Assembly: GCF_009914755.1 (NCBI RefSeq)
Contig: NC_060927.1
Length of the DNA stretch: 64,000 nt
Strand: one strand, 5' to 3'
Origin: the human T2T-CHM13v2.0 reference genome, Homo sapiens
Shown: in pieces, positions 16,340 through 29,130 of the stretch
How positions within the stretch are numbered: the stretch's first letter is position 1
How the letters are laid out: each line of letters begins with the position of its first letter
The notes under the pieces: model-generated
Databases searched by the model: none
What the model was told of the DNA's origin: nothing
The model's input: the letters and a program-made list of their open reading frames with translations, nothing else
Made by a program: the position numbers and the translations under genes

Positions 16340-16620
16340 TCATTTTACTATCAATCTGGTATCTCAATAGTAACTGCTTGAGTTTCCTCCAACATGAAGG
16401 TGTAATTGGAATGCAGTGTAGTTTCAAGTCTTCATTTCCTTCTCTTTTACTTGTTTCTGTCTTTTGCTTCCAGGGAATGAAGCATCTGTTGCCAATTAGG
16501 CTCATCAGCACTCTACCATGGAGTCCCCGCTGATCCACTCACTCTTGTTAGTGGATCAGCAGGGGCATATGGCTGCTTGGGATGGGATTTTAACCTCCAC
16601 CCTGCCAGGGTCCATGCAGG
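16340..16620 (-). mobile_element. Probable 5' end of an ancient RTE-clade LINE (L4/RTE-X-like): structured 5' UTR plus start of endonuclease ORF
   Basis: Minus strand reads GGAGGTTAAAATCCC...hairpin...GCGGGGACTCCATGGTAGAGTG-CTGATGA-GCC-TAATT-GGC, then a purine-rich spacer, then a KLKQLLLRYQID peptide resembling the GKLxQLxxxLxRYxID start of RTE APE endonucleases. Assignment from memory of consensus patterns only. Confidence 0.5.
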
Positions 16621-18723
16621 AACCATTCATCCCACCGCAGTGATCTCTGAGACTAAGTACATATGCGCATCAAGGTTCTGATGCCATGGTAACCAGTGGG
16701 TAAGGAAGTCATTAAGAACACAGAGTAGTACTTGGAACTTCTGCACATTTTCATGGCTGCCAGCTGAGAGATGCAAATACTGTTTTCTAAACACCACCTA
16801 CAGCTACTAGGAGTCAACAGGAATATAGTATTTAATCAGGAAGTAGTATTTCGGATCAAGACAGAAAATACCATTTTGTTTGCACTTTTATGAATATTTG
16901 AGAAGAAACCTTTTGCTATGTATTTTGATTTTTGTTACATCTCCTCTATACAACATTTAAACATTCTCATATATTAATATTTAGGTTTGCATGTTATGGG
17001 ATAAATATCTTTCTAATTTCTCAACGCTCTGTGGTTCATATATCATATGATAGATAGTACATACATTTGTAAAGTCCACATAACTTTTTTCAATTCAATT
17101 CTAGATTATCTAACTAGTTTATGAACATGTGAATATATACATATTTTAGTTGACATAAAAGGGAGTATAAAATTGACTAAATCTTATCCAGTCACATTGT
17201 GACAACGCTATAATTACTATGAGCATTTTCATTGTAATAACTTTTTTAAATTATCTTTTTTCTGTATATTTCTGTCTTTGACATTCAGAGTGAGTTACAA
17301 ACTTGATCTGGATTATAACATGGTATGTGCTTACAATGATCATCCAAATGAATACTAAACATCTATCTGTTTGCATAGATATGTGTATCTGTACATGTGT
17401 ATATATATTCATTTAAACTATTATTTGGGTTGAATACAGTTACATATAAGACTGATTTAATATAATATCTTAACAAAATATAAGAGCTTTTGAAAAGAGA
17501 AAAATCAAGATATATTTTTTCATGCTAATGGCTTTCGGAAGTCTTCTGTTCTCCCATCACTTTTTAATAGTATAACTGAAGAAACTTCTGTAAACTCTCT
17601 CAAATCCTTTCAGAATGAAGCAGATAATAAATATGTATATAAGTATAATAATTTACATGGTTATTAGATTAAGTGGATACAAACCTGATTCTGAGAAGAA
17701 AAAGGATAGAATTTCATTTATGCTGAAAAATGTTTATCGCTAAAAACAAATGTAGCCCTGATAAAGGAATCACTGTCAGAAAAAAAACTACTAAAACTAT
17801 ATTAACTTTTAGAATATTTGCCATTGTCTAAGTGAGTGAAAATTCACTAAAGGTATACTGAGGAGCCCATCAATATTTTGTCCAGTGAAAACTAAATATC
17901 TGATAGGCTCATAATAATGGGTTTGTATTCATTTAAGACAGCATAGTAAATATATAAATTTAATGAATTTAAATTCTAATATCTGTCCTAAGTGTCTAAG
18001 TGTTCGAATACGACAACATTAATTTTTGAGAAAACTTTGGCTCTGTATTGGGTACATCTATTACCCACACATAGGCAGATTTAGGACAGTTTCTTCATCA
18101 TAACAGAAACCACTGTTGTCATGTTAGTATGTAGCTTTTAGAATAAATGAATAAACGGTATACCTTTAAACAATTTTAATGCAGGCCGAGACAGAAGAAT
18201 TCAACAATGCAATGATTGACATTCACCACATGCTCTCTTTGATATTTGAGAGAACCCAACTAACAGATATGTTAAACTTCCATTTCTCAAAGCCTAAGCT
18301 AGATTCCTATATTATTACATCTGGTCTATATTATCTTGCCTCCCCTAGAGTTATGCTTTTGCAGTTAAGACATAAAGTTATGTCTTCAGCTTTTCTTTCA
18401 TTCTTTTTCACTAGAAACATCAACTTAAATTGTTCATATATTTTACAATCCTGCTGTCAGAGATATTTGGATATTAAATGATGTTATATTTCTTGAAGAA
18501 TCAGCCATAGGATTGATTTCTCTTTAAGCTTAGTACTAGGAAATAGTCTATCTCTGCAAATGAAATTGTACTTCTTTATTGTACAAGAATTATGCATAGC
18601 TTTTTGGTGTGTTTTTTTTGTTTTACTTTGGCTTCCAGGATTTTGAGAGCTGAATTCAATACTCAGCGAATGTAACAAATATTTCTGGGTTGCTGGTACA
18701 GTGATCTTTCTTCTATTTATGAT

Positions 18724-18875
18724 ATAAGGTCCCTAACATTTCTGGGCCTACTACTCCTTTGAGGACATAATCAAAGTTATTAAGCCGCTGCCAAGACTAA
18801 TGAGCACATACACAAAAAACTGAACATAAACTTTCAGGGATTTCAGTGATCTTAACCATAGGTTAAGCGCTCTTT
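18724..18875. mobile_element. Short hAT-Charlie-type MITE remnant
   Basis: CTCCTTTGAGGACATAATCAAAGTTAT...CACATACACAAAAAACTGAACATAAACTTTCAGGGATTTCA...AGGTTAAG resembles ancient Charlie MITEs. Confidence 0.4.
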
Positions 18876-19589
18876 TAAAATGATCTCCGATCCACCTTTT
18901 TGTTTTAACATCACAGGGCTAGTGTTTAATCTTATAAGATTATTTAGAAATTCCTTAGCAGAAAACAAGTTCTAAATTATAAATTCAAACAATTTGAATA
19001 TAAATAAAATAAATAGAAATAATAATATAGCAATAATATTAAAATATTGATAATAATAAAATACACAATATCAATAACTTCTTAAAGGGCATTAATCTCA
19101 AAATTAATCAATTTACCTCTTGTTTATATTATATTTTCTTTCCTTCCTTCTGCTAGGAGTGGATATTGAAAAGGCAAGATTATACACAAAGACCAAAGGT
19201 TTATAAACTACATCCTAAATATTAGCAGTATATTTCTTTACATCCCCTTCACCACAATCCTATTTCAAGCTACCAAGCCCTAGTTATGCCACATAATAGG
19301 TCCTAGATTTCTTGATTGTTCACTGAGAACCTTGATATCTATGGAATCCTAGAATCATTTTGAATCTCTATCCAGCATCAGGGCTCATATTATGCTTTGT
19401 TATTCCATCCAATACACTGAAATACTGAAAAGTCACAGAAAACTATTATCATCCTATATCTCTCAATTGGAAATGTTGTGGTAAGTTGATTTTCTAAAGG
19501 CAGCTCCTTGATATAAAGATTTTTTCTTTTACAGAGTCCAATTCACATTCTTAAATTCACATTCTTAGGGATCATTTAAAAAACTACAA

Positions 19590-19591
<2 letters not shown>

Positions 19592-19627
<36 letters not shown>

Positions 19628-19632
19628 TGTGT
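19592..19632. repeat. (TG)n microsatellite
   Basis: About 16 perfect TG units plus a degenerate end, abutting the L1 5' end. Confidence 0.97.
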
Positions 19633-21068
19633 ATGTTTTAAGATGGCCAACTAGGATGTCAGATACCAACTCCCTTCATAAGGAAGATCAAAGTTACAGG
19701 TGAATGGTCATGATCCAAATGAAGAGCTGAAAGAAGAGAGCCAGGACCTGTCAGAGAGCCCATGGGAACAACGTGGCGTGCAGAAAAGCAGCAAGGATCT
19801 GGCAGAGATTGACTCTCAAGGAACTCAGAACCCCACGAAAAGGGTAATAGCAGGGGCTTCTCTACTCCCCTTAGCCCTACAACAATCTGATAACCTCCAA
19901 AATGTTGGGGAATCCCTCTACCCTGGTGACTCCAGGTAATGATGCTGGTGGCAATTTGGGAAGTTCCTGGGGACAGGGATCCAGGTGGCTAGCTCACATA
20001 GGTGCAGCTGCACTCCGCACAGGCCCAAACTGAGGTGGTTGGTACCATACTGGTTGCACACCTGTTGTGGGCCACTGCTCTGCCTGGGGAACCTCATCCC
20101 TTAAGTTGCTACATCAACAGATCCCCTACAGAGATAACCTGCTATGACTTTGACAACCACAGGGGCTGTGTTTCCCTGGAAAGCTCGTCCTCAGCACAGG
20201 CCAGCTCTAGGGGATATGGGAGCACATCCCAGCAAAGCCACCCTTGAGAAAAAGGAAATGTGGGCATAGCTCTGGCCACCGAAGAAGGCGGGACCATCAA
20301 CCATGAACAGATGTGGTGAGGGGGTCATCTCCCATTTCCCCTCCCTACTGTTGAAGATGTAGCAGAGGCTCTCACCATTGTGGGCCAGCAGATGTGCACT
20401 TGGAGACAGCCTTTCCAATGCTTTTCACCATGGCTGTACCCCCATTAAAAGTGAGCTGGCATTTCATGGGCTTCCAGGAAGGGTGGTGCCATTTGCCCCC
20501 TCTTTACACAGAGTAGCAATGTCCCAGCAACAGAGGGTAGACAAACCACAGAGCTGTCTGCTCTGGACTGAGGAAAGAGGCTCTGCTCTTCCCCAAGCCC
20601 ATATTGGTGGTAGCCACCAGAGGAACATGATCCCTAGCTGGGGCAAGGAGCCAAAGGACAATGTCTATGTGTACTGACTGTCATAAGCCTTATGATAGGG
20701 ACATGGTAGGAAAGCAGATTGCATTCCTGCTTGCCCAGGATGAGGAGCTGGTGCCGACCTCCGCCACCCTACCCTCAAGACCTCAGTGCACCCCAACACA
20801 ATCTCCCCTGCCTCCTCTGTCAGGACCAGAGCCTTCACTCACTATGAAGCTACCAGAGAGCAAGCCAGTACTTACTGTTAATCTCCACTTAACTGGACAG
20901 AAGACTGAACTGCACCACCAAATAAAAAGCTTGCTGTTCAGAAGGGTGGTAGTGTATGAGATAGGCTTCCTGAAATCTCTACACTCTCAGCCCCATAGGA
21001 GATAGTGTGTTGGCTCACCTGTCCAATACATCCCTACAACAAGCAGCATTGAAGAAAGCCATCACACA

Positions 21069-21380
<312 letters not shown>

Positions 21381-23244
21381 AAGAAAGCCATCACACAAAA
21401 GCTATCCACAACCAAGGAACTCATTACAGAGCCTTGGTCCCCTGAAAGGACTAGAAACGAAGCCAAAAGATGATAACAACATACACTACAGTCATACCTT
21501 CAAGGGAAAAAAGAATTAAAAAAAATAAGTCCCATTCAAATGATAGCAATTTTAAAAATAAGAAGTGACATCTCCTTCAGATGAAAGGGAACTAGCACAA
21601 AAAGTTCAGCAGTACGAGAAGATGAGTGTTTTGACACTCCAGTGGACCAGACTAGCTCCTAGCAATAGATGGTAACCAAAATGAAAATTCTAAAGTGACA
21701 GTTAAATTCAAAATATGAATTGCAAGGACATTCAATGAGATCCAAAAGAAATTTGGAAACCAACATAGAAAAACAAGAAAAACAATTCAGTATATGAAAG
21801 ACAAACTAGTATACTTAAGGAAAAAAAAGAACTTCTGGCCTTGAAAAATTCACCTAAGGAATTTCAAAATACAGTTGAAAGCTTTAACAACATATTAGAC
21901 CAAGCAGAAGAAAGAACTTTGGATATTGAAGATTTGTTTTTCAAAGTAACCCAGTTAGACAAAAATAAATTAAAAAGGCTTTTTTAACGAACAAAGCCTT
22001 TGAGAAATATGGGATCATATTAAATGACTAGACGTATGACTTACAGGCATTCTTGAGGAAGGAGAATAAAACATAAATAATTTGGAAAACATATTTGAGA
22101 GAATAATTCGAGAAAATTTCCCTAATCTTGCTAGAGAGGTAGATACCCAGATGAGAGACATTTAGATAACATCTACAAGATACCATACAAGATAAACCAA
22201 AGCATATAGTCATCAGACTATCCAAGTTCAACACTAAAGTAAAAAATCTTAACGGGCTATAGAAAAGGGTCAAATCATCTATAAAGATAAACCCATCAGA
22301 CTAACACTTGACTTCTCAGCAGAAAACTGACAAGCCAGAAGAGACTGGGGATGTATTTTTAGCTTTCTTAAAGAAAAAAATGCTATTTAAGAATTTTATA
22401 TCCTACCCAACTAACCTTCATAAATAAAGGAGAAATAAAATCATTCCCAGACAAGCAAATGATAAGAAAATTCTTCACCACTAGACTGGCTCTACAAGAA
22501 ATGCTCAAAGTAGTTCTAAACACGGAAATGAAAGTAAGATAGTTGCTATCATAAAAACACACATAAGTACAAGTTTCACAGATTCTATAAAGCAATTACA
22601 CAATTAAGACTACAAAGCAACTAGCTAGCAACACCGTGACAAGAACAAAACCTCACATATCAATATTAATCTTGAATGTAAATGGCCTAAATGTTCCACT
22701 TAGAAAATAAAGTTTGTCAAACTGGATAAGAAAAAAAGACTCAACCATCTGCTGCAATCAATAGACCCACCTATGAGAAATGACATCCACAGGCTTAAAG
22801 AGGTAAAGAAAGAACTATTATGCAAATGGAAAACAAAAAAGAGCAGGGCTTGCTATTCTTGTATCAGATAAAACAGACTTTAAACCAACTAAATTAAAAA
22901 AAAAAAGACAAAGGACGGCATTATTTAATCATAAAGGAAGGAATTCAACAAGAAGACTTGACTATCCTAAACATATATATACTGAATACTGTGGCACCCA
23001 AATGTGTAAAACAAATAGTACTTAAGGAAACAGGTAGCCATACAATAATAGTGGGGGACTTCAACAACCCACTGATGACACTAGACAGATAACTTAGGCA
23101 AAAAACTAACAAAGAAACTCTTGACTTAAACTGGACTCTTGACCAAATAAATCCAATATATATCTACAGAACATTTGACCTAACAACTGCAGAATATACA
23201 TTTTTCTCTTCTGTGCATTGAACATTCTCAAAATTGACCAGATG

Positions 23245-23628
23245 TGTTATGGTTTGGCTGTGTCCCCACCTAAAATCTCATCTTGAATTGTAATCCCCAT
23301 AAATCCCATAATCCCCACATGTCAAGGGAGAGACCAGATGGAGGTAATTGAATCATGGAGGCAGTTTCCCCCATGCTGTTCTCATGATAGTGAGTTCTTA
23401 TGAGACCTGATGGTTTTATAAGTGCTTAGTAGTTCCTCCTGGTTTCATTCTCCTTCCTACCACCTTGTAAAAAAAGGTGCCTTGCTTTCCCTTCTCCTTC
23501 CACCATGATTGTAAGTCTCCTGAGGCCTCCTCAGCCATGCTGAACTGTGAGTCAATTAAACCTCTTTCCTTTATAAATTACCCAGTCTCAGGTAGTTTTT
23601 TATACCAGTATGAAAATTGACTGATACA
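23245..23628 (+). mobile_element. THE1D/MSTA-type solo MaLR LTR
   Basis: TG...CA, 384 bp; TGTTATGGTTTGGCTGTGTCCCCACC...CAATTAAACCTCTTTCCTTTATAAATTACCCAGTCTCAGG...ATACA. Inserted in L1 ORF2. Confidence 0.92.
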
Positions 23629-25772
23629 GTACTCTTGATCACAAAGTAAGTCTCAATGAATTCAAATAAATCAAAATTATATGAAATATCTTCTTGGGTC
23701 ACAGTGGAATACAGTTAGAAATCAATACCAAGAGAAAGTCTCAAAATCACACGAGTACATGGAAACTAAACAACTTGCTCCTAAATGGCCTTTGTGTTAA
23801 CAACAAAAGTAAGGCAGAAATCAAATAAAAATTGAAACAAAAATAGAGACACAACATATCAAGCAACCAGTGAGATATGGCAAAAGTGGTAATAAGAGGA
23901 ATGTTTATAGCTCTAAATGCTTACATCAAGATGACAGAAAGATCTCAAATTAACAACCTAATGTCATACCTCTGAAAAACAACAAATCAAACCCAAAGCT
24001 ATCAGAAGAAAAGAAATAACAAAAATCAGAGCAGAACCAAATAAGATTGAGACCAATAATCCATACACAGGATCACCAAAATGAACAATTGTTTTTTTGT
24101 AAAGACAAATAAAACTGATAGACCACTAGTTAGACTGACCACGAAAAGACAAAATATAAGCACAATCAGAAATGATAAAGGTGACATTACAACTAATACC
24201 ACAAAAATACAAAAGATCCTCACAGACTACTATAAACATCTCTATTTGCACAAATTAGAAAACCTGGAGGAAATGGATAAACTTCTGGAAACATAAAACT
24301 TCCCAAGATTGAACCAGGAAGAAATTGAAACCCTGAACAGACTAGTAATAAGTTATGAAATTGAATTAGTAATAAAAAACCTACCAATTAAAAAAAGTCC
24401 AGTACCAGGTGGATTCATAGCCAAGCTCTGCCAGATGTACAAAGAAGAGCTGGTATTGATCTTAGTGAAACTATTCTGCAAAAAAATTGAGGAGGAGGGA
24501 TTCCTCCCTAATACTTGGAGGAATTCTACCAAATCAATATTATCCTGACACCAAAATTCAACAAAAACACAACAAAAAAGAAAACAACAGGACAATATCC
24601 CTGATTACTATACATGCAAAAATCCTCAACACAATACTAGCAAACTGAATCCAGCAGTATATCAAAAACATAATTCATCATGATCAAGTGGGTTTTAGTC
24701 CAAGGATGCAAGGATGGCTCCCTTAATGATGAGAACCCTCAACAAACTAGGCACTAAAGACTAATCTAGGACAAACCCACAGTCAATATATTGAACCAGC
24801 AAAAGTTGGAAGCACCCCCACTAAGAACTGGAAGAAGGCAAGGATGTCCATTCCCATCACTTCTATTCAACACAGTACTGGAAGTCCTAGCCAGATCTAT
24901 TAGGCAAGAGAAAGAAAAACAAAGGCATGAAAATTGGAAAATGAGAAAGTCAAATTATCTCTCTCTTTGCCGATGACATGATCTTATACCTATAAAAAAC
25001 CTCAAAGCAATTGCAACGAAAATAAAAATAAGCGAAGGGACCTAATTAAACTAAATAGCTCTGAGCAGCAAAAGAAATAATCAACTGAATAGACAACCTA
25101 TAGAATGGGAGAAAATAATTGCAAACTATACATCCAACAAAGGCCTAATATTGAGAATCTATAAAGAATTTAAACCAACAAGCAAGAAAAAAACAAATAT
25201 CCCCATTAAAAACAGAGAAAAGGACATGAACAGACATTTCTCAAAAGATGACATAGACATGACCAACATATGAAAAAAATGCTCATCATCAGTAGTATCA
25301 GAGAAATGCAAATTAAAACCACAATGAGATACTATCTCACACCAATCAGAAAGGCTATTATAAAAAGGTAAAATAAAATAAAATAAAATAACATATGTTG
25401 ACCAAGACACGGAGAAAAGGGAACACTTATGTACCATTGGTGGGAATGTAAATTTGTTAAACTCCTATAAAAAATAGTATGATGAATTCTCAAAAAACTA
25501 AAAATAGAACTACCATTTGACCCAGTAATGCCACTACTGGGTATCTACTCAAATAAAAAGAAATCTTTTTATGAAAAAGATACCTGCACTCATATGATTA
25601 TCACAGCACTATTCACGATAGCAAAGTTGCAGAATCAACCTGTATCCATCAATGGTGGATTGGATAAAGCAAATGTGGTACATATACACCATAGAACACT
25701 ACCTAGCCATTAAACAGAATGAAATCATGTCCTTTGCAGCAACATGAATGCAGCTGAAGGCCATTATCATTA

Positions 25773-26271
<499 letters not shown>

Positions 26272-26685
26272 CTATGCTCACTATTTGGGTCATGTTCTCA
26301 CTGGAAGCCCAAACCTCAGCATTACATAATTTGCACATGTAACATGCCTGTACCTGTACCCCCTGAAGCTAAATTTAAAAAAAAAAATGTAATTTGCTAG
26401 CTGGGACTTGAGAAAAATATATATATATATTTCTATATACATGCAGAATGTGAAGAGACAGTAAGAGAGTACAAAATAGCTTTCCCCCTTGTTAATCTCT
26501 GCACATCCAATACAGAGAAAATAAACTAAACCCTTTTTATAAACTTATTTTGTTTTGGCACAATTATTCTATCATCTTATTTGGTAGCATTACTGTTCAT
26601 ATTCTTGAATATTATCTTAAACATTTGACGTAAATCCAAAGTAGAGACTGATCATTCACTGAAGCTGCACTTGGCTCTTACCCAC

Positions 26686-27143
26686 TGTGTTAGTTTCCCA
26701 TGGCTGCTGTAACAAATGATTGCAGACTCGAAGGCTTAAAACAGCAGAAAGTTATTCTCTCACAGTTCTGGAGAATGGAAGTTCAAAATCAAGGAGTCTG
26801 CAGGGTTGGTTCTATCTGGATGCACTGAGGGAGAATGTGTCCCCTGCCTCTCTCCTACCTTCTGGTGGATGACAGCAACACTTGGCATCCTTTGACTTGG
26901 GGCCAAATAACTCTAGTCTCTGCCTCCACCTTCACGAGACCTTATCTGTCTTCATGTGTCTCAAATCTGCCTCTCCTTTTTTAATAAAGACACTATTGAC
27001 TGAATTTAGGGCCCACTCAAATTCATGATGATCTCATCTTGGAGTCCTCACCTTAATTACATCTATAAACACCCTTCTTTCAAATAAAGGCACACTCTCC
27101 GGGTGGACATGGATTTTGGGAAGACACTACTCAGTCTTCCACA
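26686..27143 (-). mobile_element. MLT1C-like solo LTR
   Basis: TGTGTTAGTTTCCCATGGCTGCTGTAACAAA...ATTCTCTCACAGTTCTGGAG...CCACA, 458 bp. Confidence 0.88.
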
Positions 27144-27280
27144 CCATCTTAGCAATTGCTTCTAAAATAGTTCTGGTATCACCTATCCTTTTCCTTTGTA
27201 ATGCTGTTGCTGCTTCCATCAGACACTACTATAATCATATCTTTTAAAATAGCCTTTGTGTTTTTACTTTTACATACTTT

Positions 27281-27369
27281 AAAACATTATTTTTTTTAAA
27301 GAAAAAACATTATTTTTTTAAAGAAAAAACATTCATTTTTTTTTTAAAGAAAAAACATTCATTATTTTT
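27281..27369. repeat. AT-rich minisatellite, about 3.5 copies of AAAAAACATT(C)A(T)nAAAG
   Basis: Directly visible tandem units with variable T-run length. Confidence 0.85.
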
Positions 27370-28822
27370 CTTTTCACCAAAGCAAACAATACTGGTAGCA
27401 AACTTGAAAAACATGGAAAATCAAAAAAGAGAAAGGAAAGACTACTTTTAATCTCACTCTCAGAGCCAAAATTTTTTTATATAGTCATGCAAAGGTTTTT
27501 TACTGGTTTATTCAAACATCCATATACATTTCTTACAAGTTAGAAATCATACTGGACATATTTTCTACACATTTTATTTATCTTAAATATTATATTTCAT
27601 TTTATAACAAGAATATGTAGTTTTCTCATGTCAGAATTGGAGATTATAAACTTTAACAGACTACAAGCAATCTTACAATAACCCCACTTCATGAGGCTGA
27701 CTGCTAAGACAGGAGAACCCCAGAAGACAAAGTTTCTCTAGGTCACACCATCTGAATGCAGAAGCTGAGAGACTTCAGAGGCATCCAGCCACAAAATCTA
27801 TCACTCATGCTAAAGATTCATTATAGGAGTCTCAAAAGAGAGGGCTCTCAGAAAAGCCAACAAAAATATCTCAGAAGACACACACTGTGTGAAGAACTGC
27901 CATAGAAAGAATACCTACTGAAAAATTCCAATCCAATAGCACCAGTATTCCCTTTATGCTTCAATACTCATTCCCAGCCAATCCGGGATGAATTAGAACC
28001 AGTCTAGCAAGTGGACAAAAGTAGATCAGACAATAACCCTTTAACCATTCTCAGTAGGAGGAGTGGGAGAAAGGTAGGTTGAATTGATAAGAGAGGTAAA
28101 AAGTTTGACTTATATAAAACTAAATTTTTATTACATGTGAATGAGATGGTTGTACCACCACAATTGCTGACAAAGTGCTGAAATACACAAGAGATTTGCC
28201 AAAAACGGAAAGGAAAGGTACAATAGAAGTTAGCAAAACCATTAGGGAAGGAGATTTTTAAAACTATAGACTTCAAACTTCAGCTTGTTCAATGAACAGT
28301 CAGAATTGTTGTTCTATTGTTTATGCTCTTTCACACTTCCAGATGAATTCTAAAATTAATATGCCAATTTTCAAAAAGTTCTAGTGTGATTTTCAATATT
28401 TTTCTTTACTTTTAGAGATTTTGTTTTAAAACTGCTACATATAGAATTAAATCATCTAAAGTATGTTAACAGTTACCATAAAATAGTTATGCCTTGTACT
28501 TCACCTCTAACTTAACTTTTAAGTTAAGTGCTTCCCAGCTTTAAGACAGTATCATTGCTATAAATAGTACACCACCAAATTTATATAGTATGTTCTTTCT
28601 GGTTGTTGGCTGATAAAATATTGTTATTTTAAAATAATTTAATATAGAGTATGGAAATATTTTTTCTGAATAGAATTTATGCAGTGTTTCGACTAATATT
28701 TATTTTGTGCTTATTCTGAGAGTCACTGTGCAATAAGATTTCAATGATCTGAGGTGAATAAACTCCTACCCTTAAAAGGTCATAATCGAATAAGAGAATA
28801 AAATATATAAACAAATACATGT

Positions 28823-29130
28823 GGCCGGGCACGGTGGCTCACGCCTGTAATCCCAGCACTTTGGGAGGCCGGGGCAGGTGGATCACAAGGTCAGGAGATC
28901 GAGACCCTCCTGGCTAACATGGTGAAACCCTGTCTCTACTAAAAATACAAAAAATTAGCTGGGCGTGGTGGCGAGTGCCTGTAGTTCCAGCTACTCAGGA
29001 GGCTGAAGCAGGAGAATGGCGTGAACCTGGGAGGCAGAGCTAGCAGTGAGCCGAGATGGCACCACTGCACTCCAGCTTGGGCGACAGAGCAAGACTCCGT
29101 CTCAAAAAAAAAGAAAAAAAAAAACCAAAA
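28823..29130 (+). mobile_element. AluY
   Basis: Full Alu with GAGATCGAGAC, GGCTAACA, GAATGGCGTGAACC. Approximate TSD AAACAAA...TGT. Confidence 0.95.

Noticed and set aside
16477-16520. Active hammerhead ribozyme
   Set aside because: The essential GAAA is reduced to AA and the cleavage triplet is altered, so it is reported only as a fossil.
18179-18481. 100-aa ORF in unique DNA with an acceptor-like TTTTAATGCAG
   Set aside because: No recognisable domain, weak polypyrimidine tract, no convincing donor.
19700-21005. Cluster of ORFs in GC-richer sequence that could suggest a gene or promoter
   Set aside because: It is the 5' UTR of the old L1, CpG-depleted and not a CpG island.
24081-24976. 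L1 ORF2 peptides as a functional reverse transcriptase
   Set aside because: Multiple stops, frameshifts, deletions and nested insertions; inactive.
27281-27369. Repeat array as CRISPR-like
   Set aside because: Eukaryotic context, no unique spacers, no cas genes; a simple minisatellite.
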